Shown: positions 1 to 9,732 of the stretch, in pieces
Layout: every line of letters begins with the position of its first letter
Numbering within the stretch: the stretch's first letter is position 1
Origin: an uncultured Gemmatimonadales bacterium
GTDB lineage: Bacteria > Gemmatimonadota > Gemmatimonadetes > Gemmatimonadales > GWC2-71-9
Reading direction: 5' to 3'
Length of the DNA stretch: 64,000 nucleotides
NCBI GenBank assembly: GCA_963728915.1
Contig: CAVSLV010000001.1
Span: forward strand, 736,001-800,000
The notes under the pieces: model-generated
Databases searched by the model: none
What the model was told of the DNA's origin: nothing
Seen by the model: the letters and a program-made list of their open reading frames with translations, nothing else
Translations under genes and position numbers: made by a program

Positions 1-1798
1 GGAGGTCAGGCGCCTCGCCATCCAGATCGCCGAAGGCCTGGAGGCGGCCCATGCCAAGGGCATCGTGCATCGCGATATCAAGCCCGACAATCTGCTGCTG
101 ACGCCCGAGGGGCGGGTCAAGATCATGGATTTCGGCGTGGCCAAGCTGGGAGCCGGCGCCGGACTCACCCAGGCCGGGACGATGGTGGGCACGATCGCCT
201 ACATGTCCCCGGAGCAGATCCTCGGGGAGGCGGTGGATCAACGCAGTGACCTGTGGGCCTTCGGCGTGGTGCTGTATGAAATGCTCACCGGGTCCCTGCC
301 GTTCGCGAAGGACCGCGAGGCAGCCTTGATCTACGAGATTCTCAATCGCGAGCCCGCCCTGGTCGATTCCCACCGCTCCGAAATCCCGGTGATGCTCCGC
401 TCGATTGTGCGTGAATTGCTCGAGAAGGATCCCGCCCGGCGGCCCCCCGAGGCCGCCCAGGTCGCCGCGCGGCTCCGAGGCACTCCGGTCCCCGCCGTCG
501 CGGCGGCGCCCGCCAAGTCGATCGCGGTGCTCTATTTCGAGAATCTGAGTCCGGAGCGAGAGAGCGATTACTTCTGCGCCGGAATCACCGAAGACCTCAT
601 CACCGACCTGTCGCGGCTGCGCGAGCTCCGCGTGGTTCCCCGAAGCGACGTGCTCCCCTTCCGGAACAAGGAGGTGAACACTCGTGAAGTCGGAGAGGCC
701 CTTCGGGTCACCTACATCCTGGAAGGGAGCCTTCGCAAGTCCGGGAACCGGATCCGCATCGCGGCGCAGCTGGTCAGCTCCCGCGATGGATACCAGATCT
801 GGGCCGACCGGTTCGACGGGCTGGTCGACGACATTTTCGAGCTCCAGAACGAGGTCTCGCGCCGGATTGTCGAAGCGCTGAAGATCTCGCTCACCGATTC
901 CGAGAAGCACTCGCTGGCCCGTAACCCGACCGACGACCTTCGCGCCTATGACTTCTTCATGCGGGGGCGTGAGTATCTCAACCGGCGGGGCAAGCGGAAC
1001 ACCGAAACCGCCATGCGGATGTTCGAGAACGCGCTCTCCATCGACGGGAAATTCGCCGCCGCCTTTGCCGGCCTGGCCGAAGCCTGCACTCACATGTATG
1101 AGTGGTACGACGGGGAATCCCGCTGGCTGGGACGCGCCATCGAGATGAACCAGGAGGCCCTGGTGCACGAGCCGGGTTCGGTCGAGGCCCGCTTCGGCAT
1201 CGCCATGGTGTACTTCCACCAGCAGCGTCTGGTCGAGGCCCGCCGTTCGCTGCTCGCCGTGCTGGAGGCCGACCCCGGCTTCTATCCGGCCCACCTCCGC
1301 CTCGGCATGCTGGCCGAGCGCACCCGGGATCATGCTGGCGCCCTGGTCTGGTTTCAGCGGGCCGCGGAACTGCGGCCCCACGACGAGGATCCCTGGCGAT
1401 ACCTGGCCGGCCTCCATCGGATCCTCGGAGACACCGACGCCGCCATCGAATCGGGACTCAAGGTGATCGAGATCCTCTCCCAGAAGCTCGAGGCAAGCCT
1501 GGAAGATCCCATCTTGCTCAGTCGTCTGGCGGAAGCCTATGCTCGATTCGGCGGGAAAGAGGAGGCGCACGCGGTGCTTCGGCGGGTCTTCGAGCTCGAC
1601 CTGGACGATGGCCTGGTGCTGTACCATTGCGCCTGTGCGTACGGGCTCCTCGGCGAGATCGACCACGCGGTCGCGTCTCTTCAGCGAGCCTGCGATTCCG
1701 GGTTCCGGGCCATCGCCCACGTGATCGAAACCGACGGGGCCTTCGCGGGGAGCCGGGGTGACCCCCGGCTGACCGGGTTAGTTGCCCGGCTGCGGTAG
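1..1798 (+). CDS. Soluble Ser/Thr protein kinase with TolB-like and TPR C-terminal domains (5' partial)
   Basis: [20 protein letters not shown] kinase motifs; [11 protein letters not shown]...[11 protein letters not shown]olB-like segment; TPR repeats; no TM; frame open to the window start. Confidence 0.9.
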   Translation, partial: EVRRLAIQIAEGLEAAHAKGIVHRDIKPDNLLLTPEGRVKIMDFGVAKLGAGAGLTQAGTMVGTIAYMSPEQILGEAVDQRSDLWAFGVVLYEMLTGSLPFAKDREAALIYEILNREPALVDSHRSEIPVMLRSIVRELLEKDPARRPPEAAQVAARLRGTPVPAVAAAPAKSIAVLYFENLSPERESDYFCAGITEDLITDLSRLRELRVVPRSDVLPFRNKEVNTREVGEALRVTYILEGSLRKSGNRIRIAAQLVSSRDGYQIWADRFDGLVDDIFELQNEVSRRIVEALKISLTDSEKHSLARNPTDDLRAYDFFMRGREYLNRRGKRNTETAMRMFENALSIDGKFAAAFAGLAEACTHMYEWYDGESRWLGRAIEMNQEALVHEPGSVEARFGIAMVYFHQQRLVEARRSLLAVLEADPGFYPAHLRLGMLAERTRDHAGALVWFQRAAELRPHDEDPWRYLAGLHRILGDTDAAIESGLKVIEILSQKLEASLEDPILLSRLAEAYARFGGKEEAHAVLRRVFELDLDDGLVLYHCACAYGLLGEIDHAVASLQRACDSGFRAIAHVIETDGAFAGSRGDPRLTGLVARLR

Positions 1799-1843
1799 CC
1801 AGGATATTCTGGAGCGGTCCAATCCAGCGATGGAGCAGTCCCC

Positions 1844-2122
1844 ATGCCGAAATACGTCATCGAGCGCATCATCCCGGGGGCGGGAAAAATGTCTTCCGAG
1901 GAGCTCAAAGCCATCTCGATTCGATCCTGCGATGTGCTGAACCAGCTCGGCCCCAAGATCCAGTGGATTCAGAGCTACGTCACCGAGAACAAGATCTACT
2001 GCGTCTACATCGCCCCCAATGAAGACGTCGTGCGGGAGCACGCCAGGCTTGGCGGATTTCCGGCCAACCAGATCGCCTCGGTGTGCACGATGATTGATCC
2101 GACCACGTCGGAAAGCCACTAG
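1844..2122 (+). CDS. DUF4242-family small protein
   Basis: MPKYVIER...WIQSYV..KIYCVYIAPNEDVVREHARLGGFPANQI matches the family pattern; GGAG RBS upstream. Confidence 0.85.
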   Translation: MPKYVIERIIPGAGKMSSEELKAISIRSCDVLNQLGPKIQWIQSYVTENKIYCVYIAPNEDVVREHARLGGFPANQIASVCTMIDPTTSESH

Positions 2123-2128
2123 TCGTCC

Positions 2129-4714
2129 TCAGCAACCCCGCCAGTCGCCCCCGGGGCGACAGCGCGCGGCTGGAAGGTTGGGGGGGATCAGGGCGCGAAT
2201 GCTGTCGGCCTCCTGGCCGCGCCCAAGATGGGCGAGCGCGGCCGCGAGCGGCGCCCGAATCCGCTCCTCCATGGAGTTGAGATCTCCGGTTGGGGGCAGG
2301 GCGGCCAGCGCCTCACGAAAGCGGCGTTCCGCCCGGGACCAGTCCTCGACGTAGGAACTGGCAATTCCCGCATAGAAGCTCGCGAAGACCACCGCGACCG
2401 GAACCTGTTGCGCGGCCACCCGTTGCAACAGGAACTCCGCGGCGGAGTCGGCTTGGGCGTAGCGGTGAAGCTGCCAGTCATTCACCAGGCGAGGGCCGCC
2501 AATCACCACCAGATCGTCGCTCGGCAGATCGGCCTTGGCCATGCCGACGCGCCACGCGGAGTCGGCGAGCAGGACCGCCCGGGGCCAGTCCCCGCGGGCC
2601 CGCGCCAGCTCGGCGCCCCGGGCGTAGAGCCCCGCCGCCTGAAGCCCAGTCGACCCATAACCCGCGATCGCCACCCGAAGTCCCTCGGTCAGCAGCGAAT
2701 CCGCGAGCCCGTAGCGGCCCAGCGTGACCAGGGCATTGATCCTGGCATGCAGGGCATCCAGGCGCTCCACGGCGAGCGGGGTATTGAGGGAATCCGAGAT
2801 GGCGATCGCGTGTTCGGCAATGGAATCGACGATCCGGGGATCGCGCCTGATCCACGCTACCGTCTGCGCCAGGAGCACCAGCGCGCTGGCGCGCGTCGGC
2901 GTGGGCGCCCGGGTCCGATCGAGCTCGAGCTTCCAGGCGAGACGCGCCAGAGAGTCGGCCTGCGCGATCTCGCCCTGCATGTACCTGGTGGAGGCCAGAC
3001 TGAGGATCCCTCGTGCGAAGAGATCCGCCCGGCGCTGCTCCCGCCCCCGAAGTGCGGCGAGCGCCTCCCGAATGTGACCCTCGGATGCCGAGGGAGCGGC
3101 CCGGTAGCGAAGGGCCCCAGCCATCTCGAGACTGGCCGCTGCGAACTCGTCGCTGGCCGGCCCATAGGCGCGCCGCGCCAGGGTGACCGCCGAATCGAGC
3201 ACCCGCTCGGCTTCCACCGGCCTGCCCTGTGCAGTGTAGTTGGTCCCGATCGAGGAATAGAGCCGGGCCCGGATCCCTTCGTCGTCGGGAAACTCGATCG
3301 GGATCTGGCGCACCAGGCTGTCCAGCAGTTGCGCCACGGTTCCCCGCGAGCCCAGTCGCGCGATCGGGTCGAGCGAGGAAGGGTCCGCCGTGGCGGCCCG
3401 AGCCAGAAACCCGGCCACCCGTTCCGAACGGGCCGCGGCAAGGCGGCTGGCGCGAGCCTGACTGAGCGAGATCGCCGTCGCGGCAATCAGCCCGACCATC
3501 GCCACCGCCACTCCCGCGACGAGCGAGCGACGCCGTCGCAGGAAAGTCTGGGCGCGGTAGGCTAGAGTATCCGGCCGCGCCAGCACCCGCTCCCGGCGCA
3601 GGTACCGCTTGAGGTCCTCGGCAAGAGCATCGACGGTGGCGTAGCGGCGGGTCGGCTCCTTCCGAAGCGCCATTAACGCGATCGCATCAAGCTCTCCTCT
3701 GAGGGCCTTCGCGAGCTGGCGCCGATCGGAGAATCCCCGCTGCCGAGCGACCTGATCGTCCTCCGCGTCGAGGGCGAGCTGGCTGGGAGGGTGGGGAGGA
3801 GTGTCCCGGATCACTTCGATGGCGGCGGCCGGCGAGAGCGCCGCGACTTCGAGCGGCGGCTTGCCGGCGAGCAGCATGGTCAGGAGTCCCCCCAGCGCGT
3901 ACACGTCCACCGAGGTGGAAGATTCGTTCCCCAGGACCTGTTCAGGCGCCGCGTAGGTGACCGTGAATGGGGAGAGCCCGGCACCGGTGAGCGTGCCCTC
4001 GCCCCGGGGATCGTCCAGGAGCTTCGCGACACCGAAGTCGAGCAGCTTGACCTGCCCGTCCTGGGTGACCAGCACGTTGGACGGCTTGAGGTCGCGGTGG
4101 ACCACAAGACTCCGGTGCGCATGCTGGACCGCGGAGCACACGGCCAGGAAGAGATCGAGCCGTGCGGGAAGCGAGAGGCCCTGGGCATCGGCGTGCGCAT
4201 CGATCGGGTTGCCGTCCACGAACTCCATCACAAGGTATGGAGTGCCTTCGTCGGTGCTCCCCGCGTCGAGGAACTGGGCGATCCCGGGATGCTGGAGGCC
4301 GGCAAGAATCCGTCGCTCCGAGCGAAACCGGCGGGCCAGCACGTCGCTGTCGGCCCCGCGCCAGATGGTCTTGATGGCCACTCGCTGCGACACGTGACCA
4401 TCCACCCGATCGGCCTGATAGACCGCGCCCATCCCACCACGGCCGATGAGGCCCACCACCCGGTAAGGACCCAGCACGCGATCGATCAGCGAAACCGGTG
4501 ATTCGCCTTCGTCGGGGTCCAGGGTTGCGAGCTGGGGACCGTGCTCGAAGCGTTCCCCGGCGCGGCGCTCCGCCGCAAGCAGTTCGGCAACTTCGCCCCG
4601 CAGCGAGTGCAGATCTGGAGCCAATGCGTCCAGCCGCCTGGTCTGCTCAAGCGGCTCGAGCTCGACCAGGGCATCGAACAGCGCGCGAATCTCCGGGTAG
4701 TCAGGCACCGTCAT
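2129..4714 (-). CDS. Membrane Ser/Thr kinase with extracytoplasmic TPR region (ECF-associated)
   Basis: GRGGMGAVY, HRDLKPSN, DFG, YAAPE; TM after RRRRS; helical repeats; ATG at 4714 overlaps the sigma stop (ATGA). Confidence 0.9.
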   Translation of the reverse strand: MTVPDYPEIRALFDALVELEPLEQTRRLDALAPDLHSLRGEVAELLAAERRAGERFEHGPQLATLDPDEGESPVSLIDRVLGPYRVVGLIGRGGMGAVYQADRVDGHVSQRVAIKTIWRGADSDVLARRFRSERRILAGLQHPGIAQFLDAGSTDEGTPYLVMEFVDGNPIDAHADAQGLSLPARLDLFLAVCSAVQHAHRSLVVHRDLKPSNVLVTQDGQVKLLDFGVAKLLDDPRGEGTLTGAGLSPFTVTYAAPEQVLGNESSTSVDVYALGGLLTMLLAGKPPLEVAALSPAAAIEVIRDTPPHPPSQLALDAEDDQVARQRGFSDRRQLAKALRGELDAIALMALRKEPTRRYATVDALAEDLKRYLRRERVLARPDTLAYRAQTFLRRRRSLVAGVAVAMVGLIAATAISLSQARASRLAAARSERVAGFLARAATADPSSLDPIARLGSRGTVAQLLDSLVRQIPIEFPDDEGIRARLYSSIGTNYTAQGRPVEAERVLDSAVTLARRAYGPASDEFAAASLEMAGALRYRAAPSASEGHIREALAALRGREQRRADLFARGILSLASTRYMQGEIAQADSLARLAWKLELDRTRAPTPTRASALVLLAQTVAWIRRDPRIVDSIAEHAIAISDSLNTPLAVERLDALHARINALVTLGRYGLADSLLTEGLRVAIAGYGSTGLQAAGLYARGAELARARGDWPRAVLLADSAWRVGMAKADLPSDDLVVIGGPRLVNDWQLHRYAQADSAAEFLLQRVAAQQVPVAVVFASFYAGIASSYVEDWSRAERRFREALAALPPTGDLNSMEERIRAPLAAALAHLGRGQEADSIRALIPPNLPAARCRPGGDWRGC

Positions 4715-5262
4715 CCCAGCGCTCGCTGCAACCAGCCCCGCGCGAAGGTCCATTCGCGCTTGGCCGTCGCCACCGAGATGTCCAGCACCTGGGCGGCTTC
4801 CTCGATGGACATGCCACCGAAGAAGCGAAGCTCCACCAAGCGCGCCGCTCGGGGATCCACCTCGGCCAGTCTCGTCAACGCATCGTCGATCGCGAGCAGC
4901 TCATCGGGGTCGGTGGACGGGGACGCCGCACCGGTGGTCAGCGGGACTTGGAGATCCCGCTGGCGTTTCACCGCTCCTCGGCGGCGGGCATGGTCTACGA
5001 GGATGCGTCGCATTGCCTGGGAGGCGACTCGGAAGAAGTGGGCTTGGTCTTCCCAGGTGGTGGCGTGGGTGCCCACCAGCTTGAGAAAGGCTTCATGCAC
5101 CAGCGCGGTGGCCCCGAGGGTGTGGTCGGTGCGTTCACTCTGAAGATGACGGCGGGCGACCAGGCGCAATCGCGCATAGACCGCCTCGAACAGACGGTCC
5201 ATGGCGTGGGGTTCCCCGCGGGAAGCTGCCGCGAGGAGTCCGGTGACCTCGGCATCGGGCAT
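4711..5262 (-). CDS. ECF sigma factor, kinase-associated type (TIGR02999/ECF43-like)
   Basis: HTLGATALVHEAFLKL, AMRRILVDHARRR, VELRFFGG, ATAKREWTFARGWL. Confidence 0.92.
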   Translation of the reverse strand: MPDAEVTGLLAAASRGEPHAMDRLFEAVYARLRLVARRHLQSERTDHTLGATALVHEAFLKLVGTHATTWEDQAHFFRVASQAMRRILVDHARRRGAVKRQRDLQVPLTTGAASPSTDPDELLAIDDALTRLAEVDPRAARLVELRFFGGMSIEEAAQVLDISVATAKREWTFARGWLQRALG

Positions 5263-5978
5263 GGGTTCCGGAGATAATACCCCGGAACCCGGATGCCCGC
5301 GAAAGCCTCGGCATCAGGGAAGGGTTCCGCGCACCACCAGGGCGTCGTCGCCCACGGCGAGAATCGTGTTTCCCGAGATCGAGGCGGCACGGATCGTCCC
5401 GCTGAAGCCGTAAATCTCGTTTTCCGACCGCGACACAATGACGCTCGGGGCGATCAACGAGTTCCCGGTTTGAAAACGGATCCCGGAACATTCGGCATCG
5501 GAACCCAGGAAGAGCCATTCCATTGCAAGGCTCGGTTGTCGGAGGCGACAGTCCATTCGCAAAACGGCCCGGTGGTGAACTCTCAGCGACCAGGCCCCGG
5601 AGGGGTTCGCATCCTGTAGCGTCGTCGCGGCACTTGATGGAGGCGAGCTTCACACTGACGCTCTGGACGTCAAGAAGGTTCTCAACGGCGCCAGAAGACC
5701 CGATCAATCCATTGACAGTCCATGACATGCAAACCCAATGTCGTCAGAACTGGGATCTGATGTGATAACGCTCTGGAAATGATCGTATTACATAGTACCA
5801 AACGATCGGCGAGCCATGCGGTCTAACTCATGATTGACTAGTTCATCAACATGCTATGAAACCGGTTGCGCGCTGGAAATGGTCTCCTCCTTGCCCATAC
5901 CATCAAGCGTCGGAACCAACCCGATCGACCTTTCACCGGGCCCTCGTATGAGAGCCCCAATTTTGGAGGAACGAAACA

Positions 5979-6644
5979 ATGCGGTTGCCCCATTTCACCC
6001 GGCTGCGGCTTTCTGTGGCGGCCTTGCTGCTGCTCGCGGGCTGCTCGGACGTGCCGAGCGTGGTCGCGCCCGTGAATTTCGGGATGACCGCGGAAGAGAA
6101 GGCCACCAAAGACGCCCTCAACGATGCCAAGAAAGCGGCCGAGGATCGCTTCAAGGCGGAAAAGACCCTGAGAAAAGCGGAGTTCGACCAGGCCCGAAAA
6201 GACTGGGAGAGCTTCAAGAAGGGTCTCGAGGTGGCCAAGAAGGCCGGGAGCCTGACATTCGACCTGCTTCGCTGCGAGCCGCAGGAATACGACGGGCATG
6301 CCGAGATCATCGGTTCCAATGGCGGAAGCATCAAGGTGGGTGACCACGAGCTCCGGATTCCGAAGGGCGCCCTCGATAGCGATGTGCTGATCAGCATGGA
6401 GCGGCCCGTCTCGGATCTCGTCGAGGTCAGGCTCGAACCTCACGGACTTCACTTCAACAAGACGGTCAATCTCGAGCTGAGCTATGCGAAATGTGTCCAG
6501 CCGCTGAATTTCCGGCCCTTCATCGTCTACGTGGATGATCTCCAGGAGACCATCCTCGAGGTGGAGTGGTCGAGCGACAAAAAGGGGCTCAAGACTGTTA
6601 CCGGCGACCTGGAGCACTTCTCCCGCTACGCGGTGGCCTACTAA
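5979..6644 (+). CDS. Lipoprotein with Lys-rich helix and ZU5-like domain
   Basis: GGAGG RBS; lipobox LAGC; IGSNGGSI..LRIPKGAL, LEPHGLHFNKTV and terminal HFS. Confidence 0.75.
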   Translation: MRLPHFTRLRLSVAALLLLAGCSDVPSVVAPVNFGMTAEEKATKDALNDAKKAAEDRFKAEKTLRKAEFDQARKDWESFKKGLEVAKKAGSLTFDLLRCEPQEYDGHAEIIGSNGGSIKVGDHELRIPKGALDSDVLISMERPVSDLVEVRLEPHGLHFNKTVNLELSYAKCVQPLNFRPFIVYVDDLQETILEVEWSSDKKGLKTVTGDLEHFSRYAVAY

Positions 6645-6664
6645 CCCGCATCGGCCTGGCAGGA

Positions 6665-6711
6665 GCACCGCCGGCGCTTTCCTTCTCCCCGGAGCGCCGG
6701 CGCTGTGCTTT
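6665..6711. terminator. GC-rich hairpin between convergent genes
   Basis: CGCCGGCGCT (6669-6678) pairs with AGCGCCGGCG (6693-6702), flanked by GCAC/GTGC. Confidence 0.5.
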
Positions 6712-6788
6712 CCGGGGCATTCTCCCGCGGCCGGCGTAGCGACTCTTCGGCCGGTCCGGCGACGGTGATGATACCGGTGCTGCCGCCG

Positions 6789-7826
6789 CTAGTTACACTG
6801 ACCGCTGGTGAGGAACCAGCACCGTGAGAAGGGAGAATCCTTGAAGTAGCTGAGCAGCAGATGGCCGACCTTCTCGACTCCGGAAGGAGAAGGATGGGTC
6901 CCATCATCCCGGAAATCGGTTCGCACCCAGTAGAGCCCGTCCGGACGCGACACGGTTCCATTCGCCCACAGGTCGGGTCCCCAGCCCATCCACGGCGCCA
7001 CCTGGGGACCCAGGTTGCCGGCCCTTGGGTCCACCGCACCGGTCGCCTCCTGGTTGATCTGGGCGGCAATCGCCCACTTCACTGCGAATCCCGACTCGTA
7101 GGCGAAGGGCTCGGGGTTGAGCATCGTCGATGCATACCCGCCGTAGCTCCGATTCGAGAGAAACATGAGCTGCAGATTGGGATAGCGGACCCGGAGCGCC
7201 CGGGCAATCGAGCCAATCTGACCCATCAGCGTGAACCCATCCGCGGTTGGATCGGGAAGCGACACGCTGGGTTGAGAGTTCGCGACCTTGACCCAGGCAA
7301 CTTGAACCTGCTGCTCGGTCACGCCGAAGCGGGCCAGCCGGGTGTCGCGTACCCGGTCATAGTTCGGATCCGAAGGAGAGTCCCAGGTATCGGCGGTCTG
7401 CCCGCCCGCGGCCCCGTCCACCAGCACCAGCGTAGTCCGCTGCACGGACGGGTCGCCGAGCGCCTGGGTGACGAAGGTGCCGGTCACGCACGTGTTCGAG
7501 GCGTCGGGATTACAGAACTCCTGGGTCGTGTTCGACATCCCGATCGATACCAACACGATCTTCCCTGTGCTGCTGGGAGACCCGTTCGCGCCGAGCGGCC
7601 GTACCGCCCGGGCGCGGTCCAGGCCCGCCGAGCGATGGCCCGAAGGCACCAGGGACCCTTCCGGGTACTCCCCACCGGGGAATCCGAGGTAGGTCCAGTT
7701 CGTCGCATCCGACAGCGGATGCGTCGGCACCAGGTCGTTGACCGGCGGTTCATCGTTGCCCCCGTCATCGGTGGGCGCGCTGTTCGAGCAGGCCGCCACC
7801 GACCCAAGGGCAATCAGGAACGCCAT
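6789..7826 (-). CDS. Secreted lipoprotein, SGNH-like hydrolase (start uncertain)
   Basis: Lipobox VAAC; SIGMSNT nucleophile block; DGTHPS catalytic-type motif. Confidence 0.7.
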   Translation of the reverse strand: MAFLIALGSVAACSNSAPTDDGGNDEPPVNDLVPTHPLSDATNWTYLGFPGGEYPEGSLVPSGHRSAGLDRARAVRPLGANGSPSSTGKIVLVSIGMSNTTQEFCNPDASNTCVTGTFVTQALGDPSVQRTTLVLVDGAAGGQTADTWDSPSDPNYDRVRDTRLARFGVTEQQVQVAWVKVANSQPSVSLPDPTADGFTLMGQIGSIARALRVRYPNLQLMFLSNRSYGGYASTMLNPEPFAYESGFAVKWAIAAQINQEATGAVDPRAGNLGPQVAPWMGWGPDLWANGTVSRPDGLYWVRTDFRDDGTHPSPSGVEKVGHLLLSYFKDSPFSRCWFLTSGQCN

Positions 7827-7899
7827 TCGGACGCCCCGGCTGGCGAAGAACCGAAAAAGCTGCCAGCATTCACCCTCGTCTTTTACCGGAATCGGAACC

Positions 7900-8892
7900 A
7901 TGCTGCGCTCTCTCTCCATCTGTTGCTTGTTCCTCGCCGGCTGCAGCCTCCAGCACGCGACCCGGAACCCCTCCGGCGAGGACGATCACATGGCTCATAT
8001 GCAGACGGCGGACCTCGCTGCCCCGTTAAGTCGCGCCGCGCGGAGCGGCGCGGAGCAGGGAAGCCCAACGTTGCCGCCGAGCAACGACGAGGCTCCGGCT
8101 CGGCTCGCCGCGAGTCCCCGCCATGGTGAGTGGGTCAAGATCGCCTATCAGCCTGGCTCGCCCGATTCCCTGATGGCATGGGTGGTGTACCCCGCCTCGC
8201 GCCAGAAGGCGCCAGTGGTGGTCGTGGTGCATGAAATTTTCGGACTGTCCACCTGGATCCGGGGAGTGACCGACCAGGTTGCGGCGGAAGGCTACATCGC
8301 GATCGCCCCGGATTTTCTCTCCCGGGTGCGGGGTGGGCCAAGCTCAGAGGAGATCTCCGGCGATTCCGCCCGCCGGCTCATCGCCGGCGTGAACGGCACC
8401 GAACGCAACCAGGTCATCGTGGCAGCGGCCAACTGGGCGATGCAACAGCCGGCCGCGCTCCAGAAATACGCGGTGATCGGCTATTGCTGGGGCGGCAGCA
8501 CCGTGTGGATGCACGCCATCAGCCAGGGAGTGATGGGCTTCGTCGGCGGGGTAGCCTACTACGGGCTTCCCTATACGAGCGGCGGGAGTCCCGCGACCGC
8601 GACCCAGGCTGCGGTGCCGGCGACGATCGTGGCGGATTCGATCAGGAAGATCGAGAAACCGGTGCTCTTGCTCAGTGGCTCAAAGGACGCCCGGATTACA
8701 GCTGCGATGCCTGGGCTCGACTCGATGATGAAGGCCATGGGGAAAACCTACAATGGCATCAACTACGAGGATGCCACCCACGGATTCCTGGCCCGCCGCA
8801 ACGATGCCGCCAAGGAAGCCGATATCGCGGCCACCAGGGATGCCTGGCCCCGAACCGTCGCCTTTCTCAAGAAGAACCTGGGCGGCAAATAG
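7900..8892 (+). CDS. Dienelactone hydrolase family lipoprotein
   Basis: VHEIFGL, GYCWGG nucleophile, HGF; lipobox LAGC. Confidence 0.9.
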   Translation: MLRSLSICCLFLAGCSLQHATRNPSGEDDHMAHMQTADLAAPLSRAARSGAEQGSPTLPPSNDEAPARLAASPRHGEWVKIAYQPGSPDSLMAWVVYPASRQKAPVVVVVHEIFGLSTWIRGVTDQVAAEGYIAIAPDFLSRVRGGPSSEEISGDSARRLIAGVNGTERNQVIVAAANWAMQQPAALQKYAVIGYCWGGSTVWMHAISQGVMGFVGGVAYYGLPYTSGGSPATATQAAVPATIVADSIRKIEKPVLLLSGSKDARITAAMPGLDSMMKAMGKTYNGINYEDATHGFLARRNDAAKEADIAATRDAWPRTVAFLKKNLGGK

Positions 8893-8959
8893 CCGGGCTT
8901 GAAAGAACCGGAAAATCGAACCATCATACCCGCCCATTTCTCAACTGAGGCAGCAATCC

Positions 8960-9619
8960 ATGGCACTCGCGCTCAACGACATCGCTCCCGATTTCAATGC
9001 CCAGACCACCCAGGGGCCGATCCGTTTCCATGAGTGGATCGGGGATGCCTGGGCGGTGCTCTTTTCTCACCCCAAGGACTTCACCCCGGTGTGCACCACC
9101 GAGCTCGGGTACATGGCGCGCATCAAACCGGAGTTCGACCAGCGCAACGTCAAGATCATCGGCCTGTCGGTGGATCCGGTGGATCGCCACTCGAAATGGG
9201 CCGAGGATATCAGAGAGACCCAGGGCGCGGCACCGAACTATCCGATCATCGGCGACGCGGATTTCAACGTCGCCAAACTCTATGGGATGCTGCCGGCCAG
9301 CACCTCGGGAGATCCGCTCCAGCGGACCCCGGCCGACAATCAGACCGTGCGCAATGTGTTCGTGGTCGGTCCCGACAAGAAGGTCAAGCTCATCCTGGTC
9401 TACCCCATGTCCACCGGCCGGAACTTCGACGAGGTGCTCCGGGTCATCGATTCGCTCCAGCTCACCGCCAAGCACCGGGTATCGACGCCGGTGAACTGGA
9501 AGCCGGGCGAGGACATCATCATCGGCGGGGCGATCTCCGATGAAGAGGCCAAGACGATCTGGCCCAACGGCTGGAAGGCGCCCAAGCCCTACCTTCGGAT
9601 CGCTTCCCAACCCAAGTAG
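8960..9619 (+). CDS. 1-Cys peroxiredoxin (Prx6 family)
   Basis: FSHPKDFTPVCTTE and YPMSTGRNFDEVLRVIDSLQ. Confidence 0.95.
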   Translation: MALALNDIAPDFNAQTTQGPIRFHEWIGDAWAVLFSHPKDFTPVCTTELGYMARIKPEFDQRNVKIIGLSVDPVDRHSKWAEDIRETQGAAPNYPIIGDADFNVAKLYGMLPASTSGDPLQRTPADNQTVRNVFVVGPDKKVKLILVYPMSTGRNFDEVLRVIDSLQLTAKHRVSTPVNWKPGEDIIIGGAISDEEAKTIWPNGWKAPKPYLRIASQPK

Positions 9620-9632
9620 TCTGCCTCCCAGC

Positions 9633-9660
9633 AGCGGGCCCTTCGAGAAAGGGCCCGCTT
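9633..9660 (+). terminator. Hairpin, probable terminator after the peroxiredoxin gene
   Basis: AGCGGGCCCTT-cgaga-AAGGGCCCGCT; weak U-tract. Confidence 0.6.
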
Positions 9661-9692
9661 GCTCTCCCTTCGCGTTAATCCTACCTTGGAGC

Positions 9693-9714
9693 GTTCATGG
9701 ATCATTCATAGTCC
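9693..9714 (+). promoter_or_regulatory. 11-bp direct repeat, candidate OmpR/PhoB-family binding site
   Basis: GTTCATGGATC ATTCATAGTCC just upstream of the TonB receptor gene. Confidence 0.4.
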
Positions 9715-9732
9715 CTTCGGAGACCGTTTCTC

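Noticed and set aside
8960..9619. Peroxiredoxin as a selenoprotein, given the tRNA-Sec
   Set aside because: The active site is a Cys codon (PVCTTE); no convincing in-frame UGA readthrough was noticed in the window
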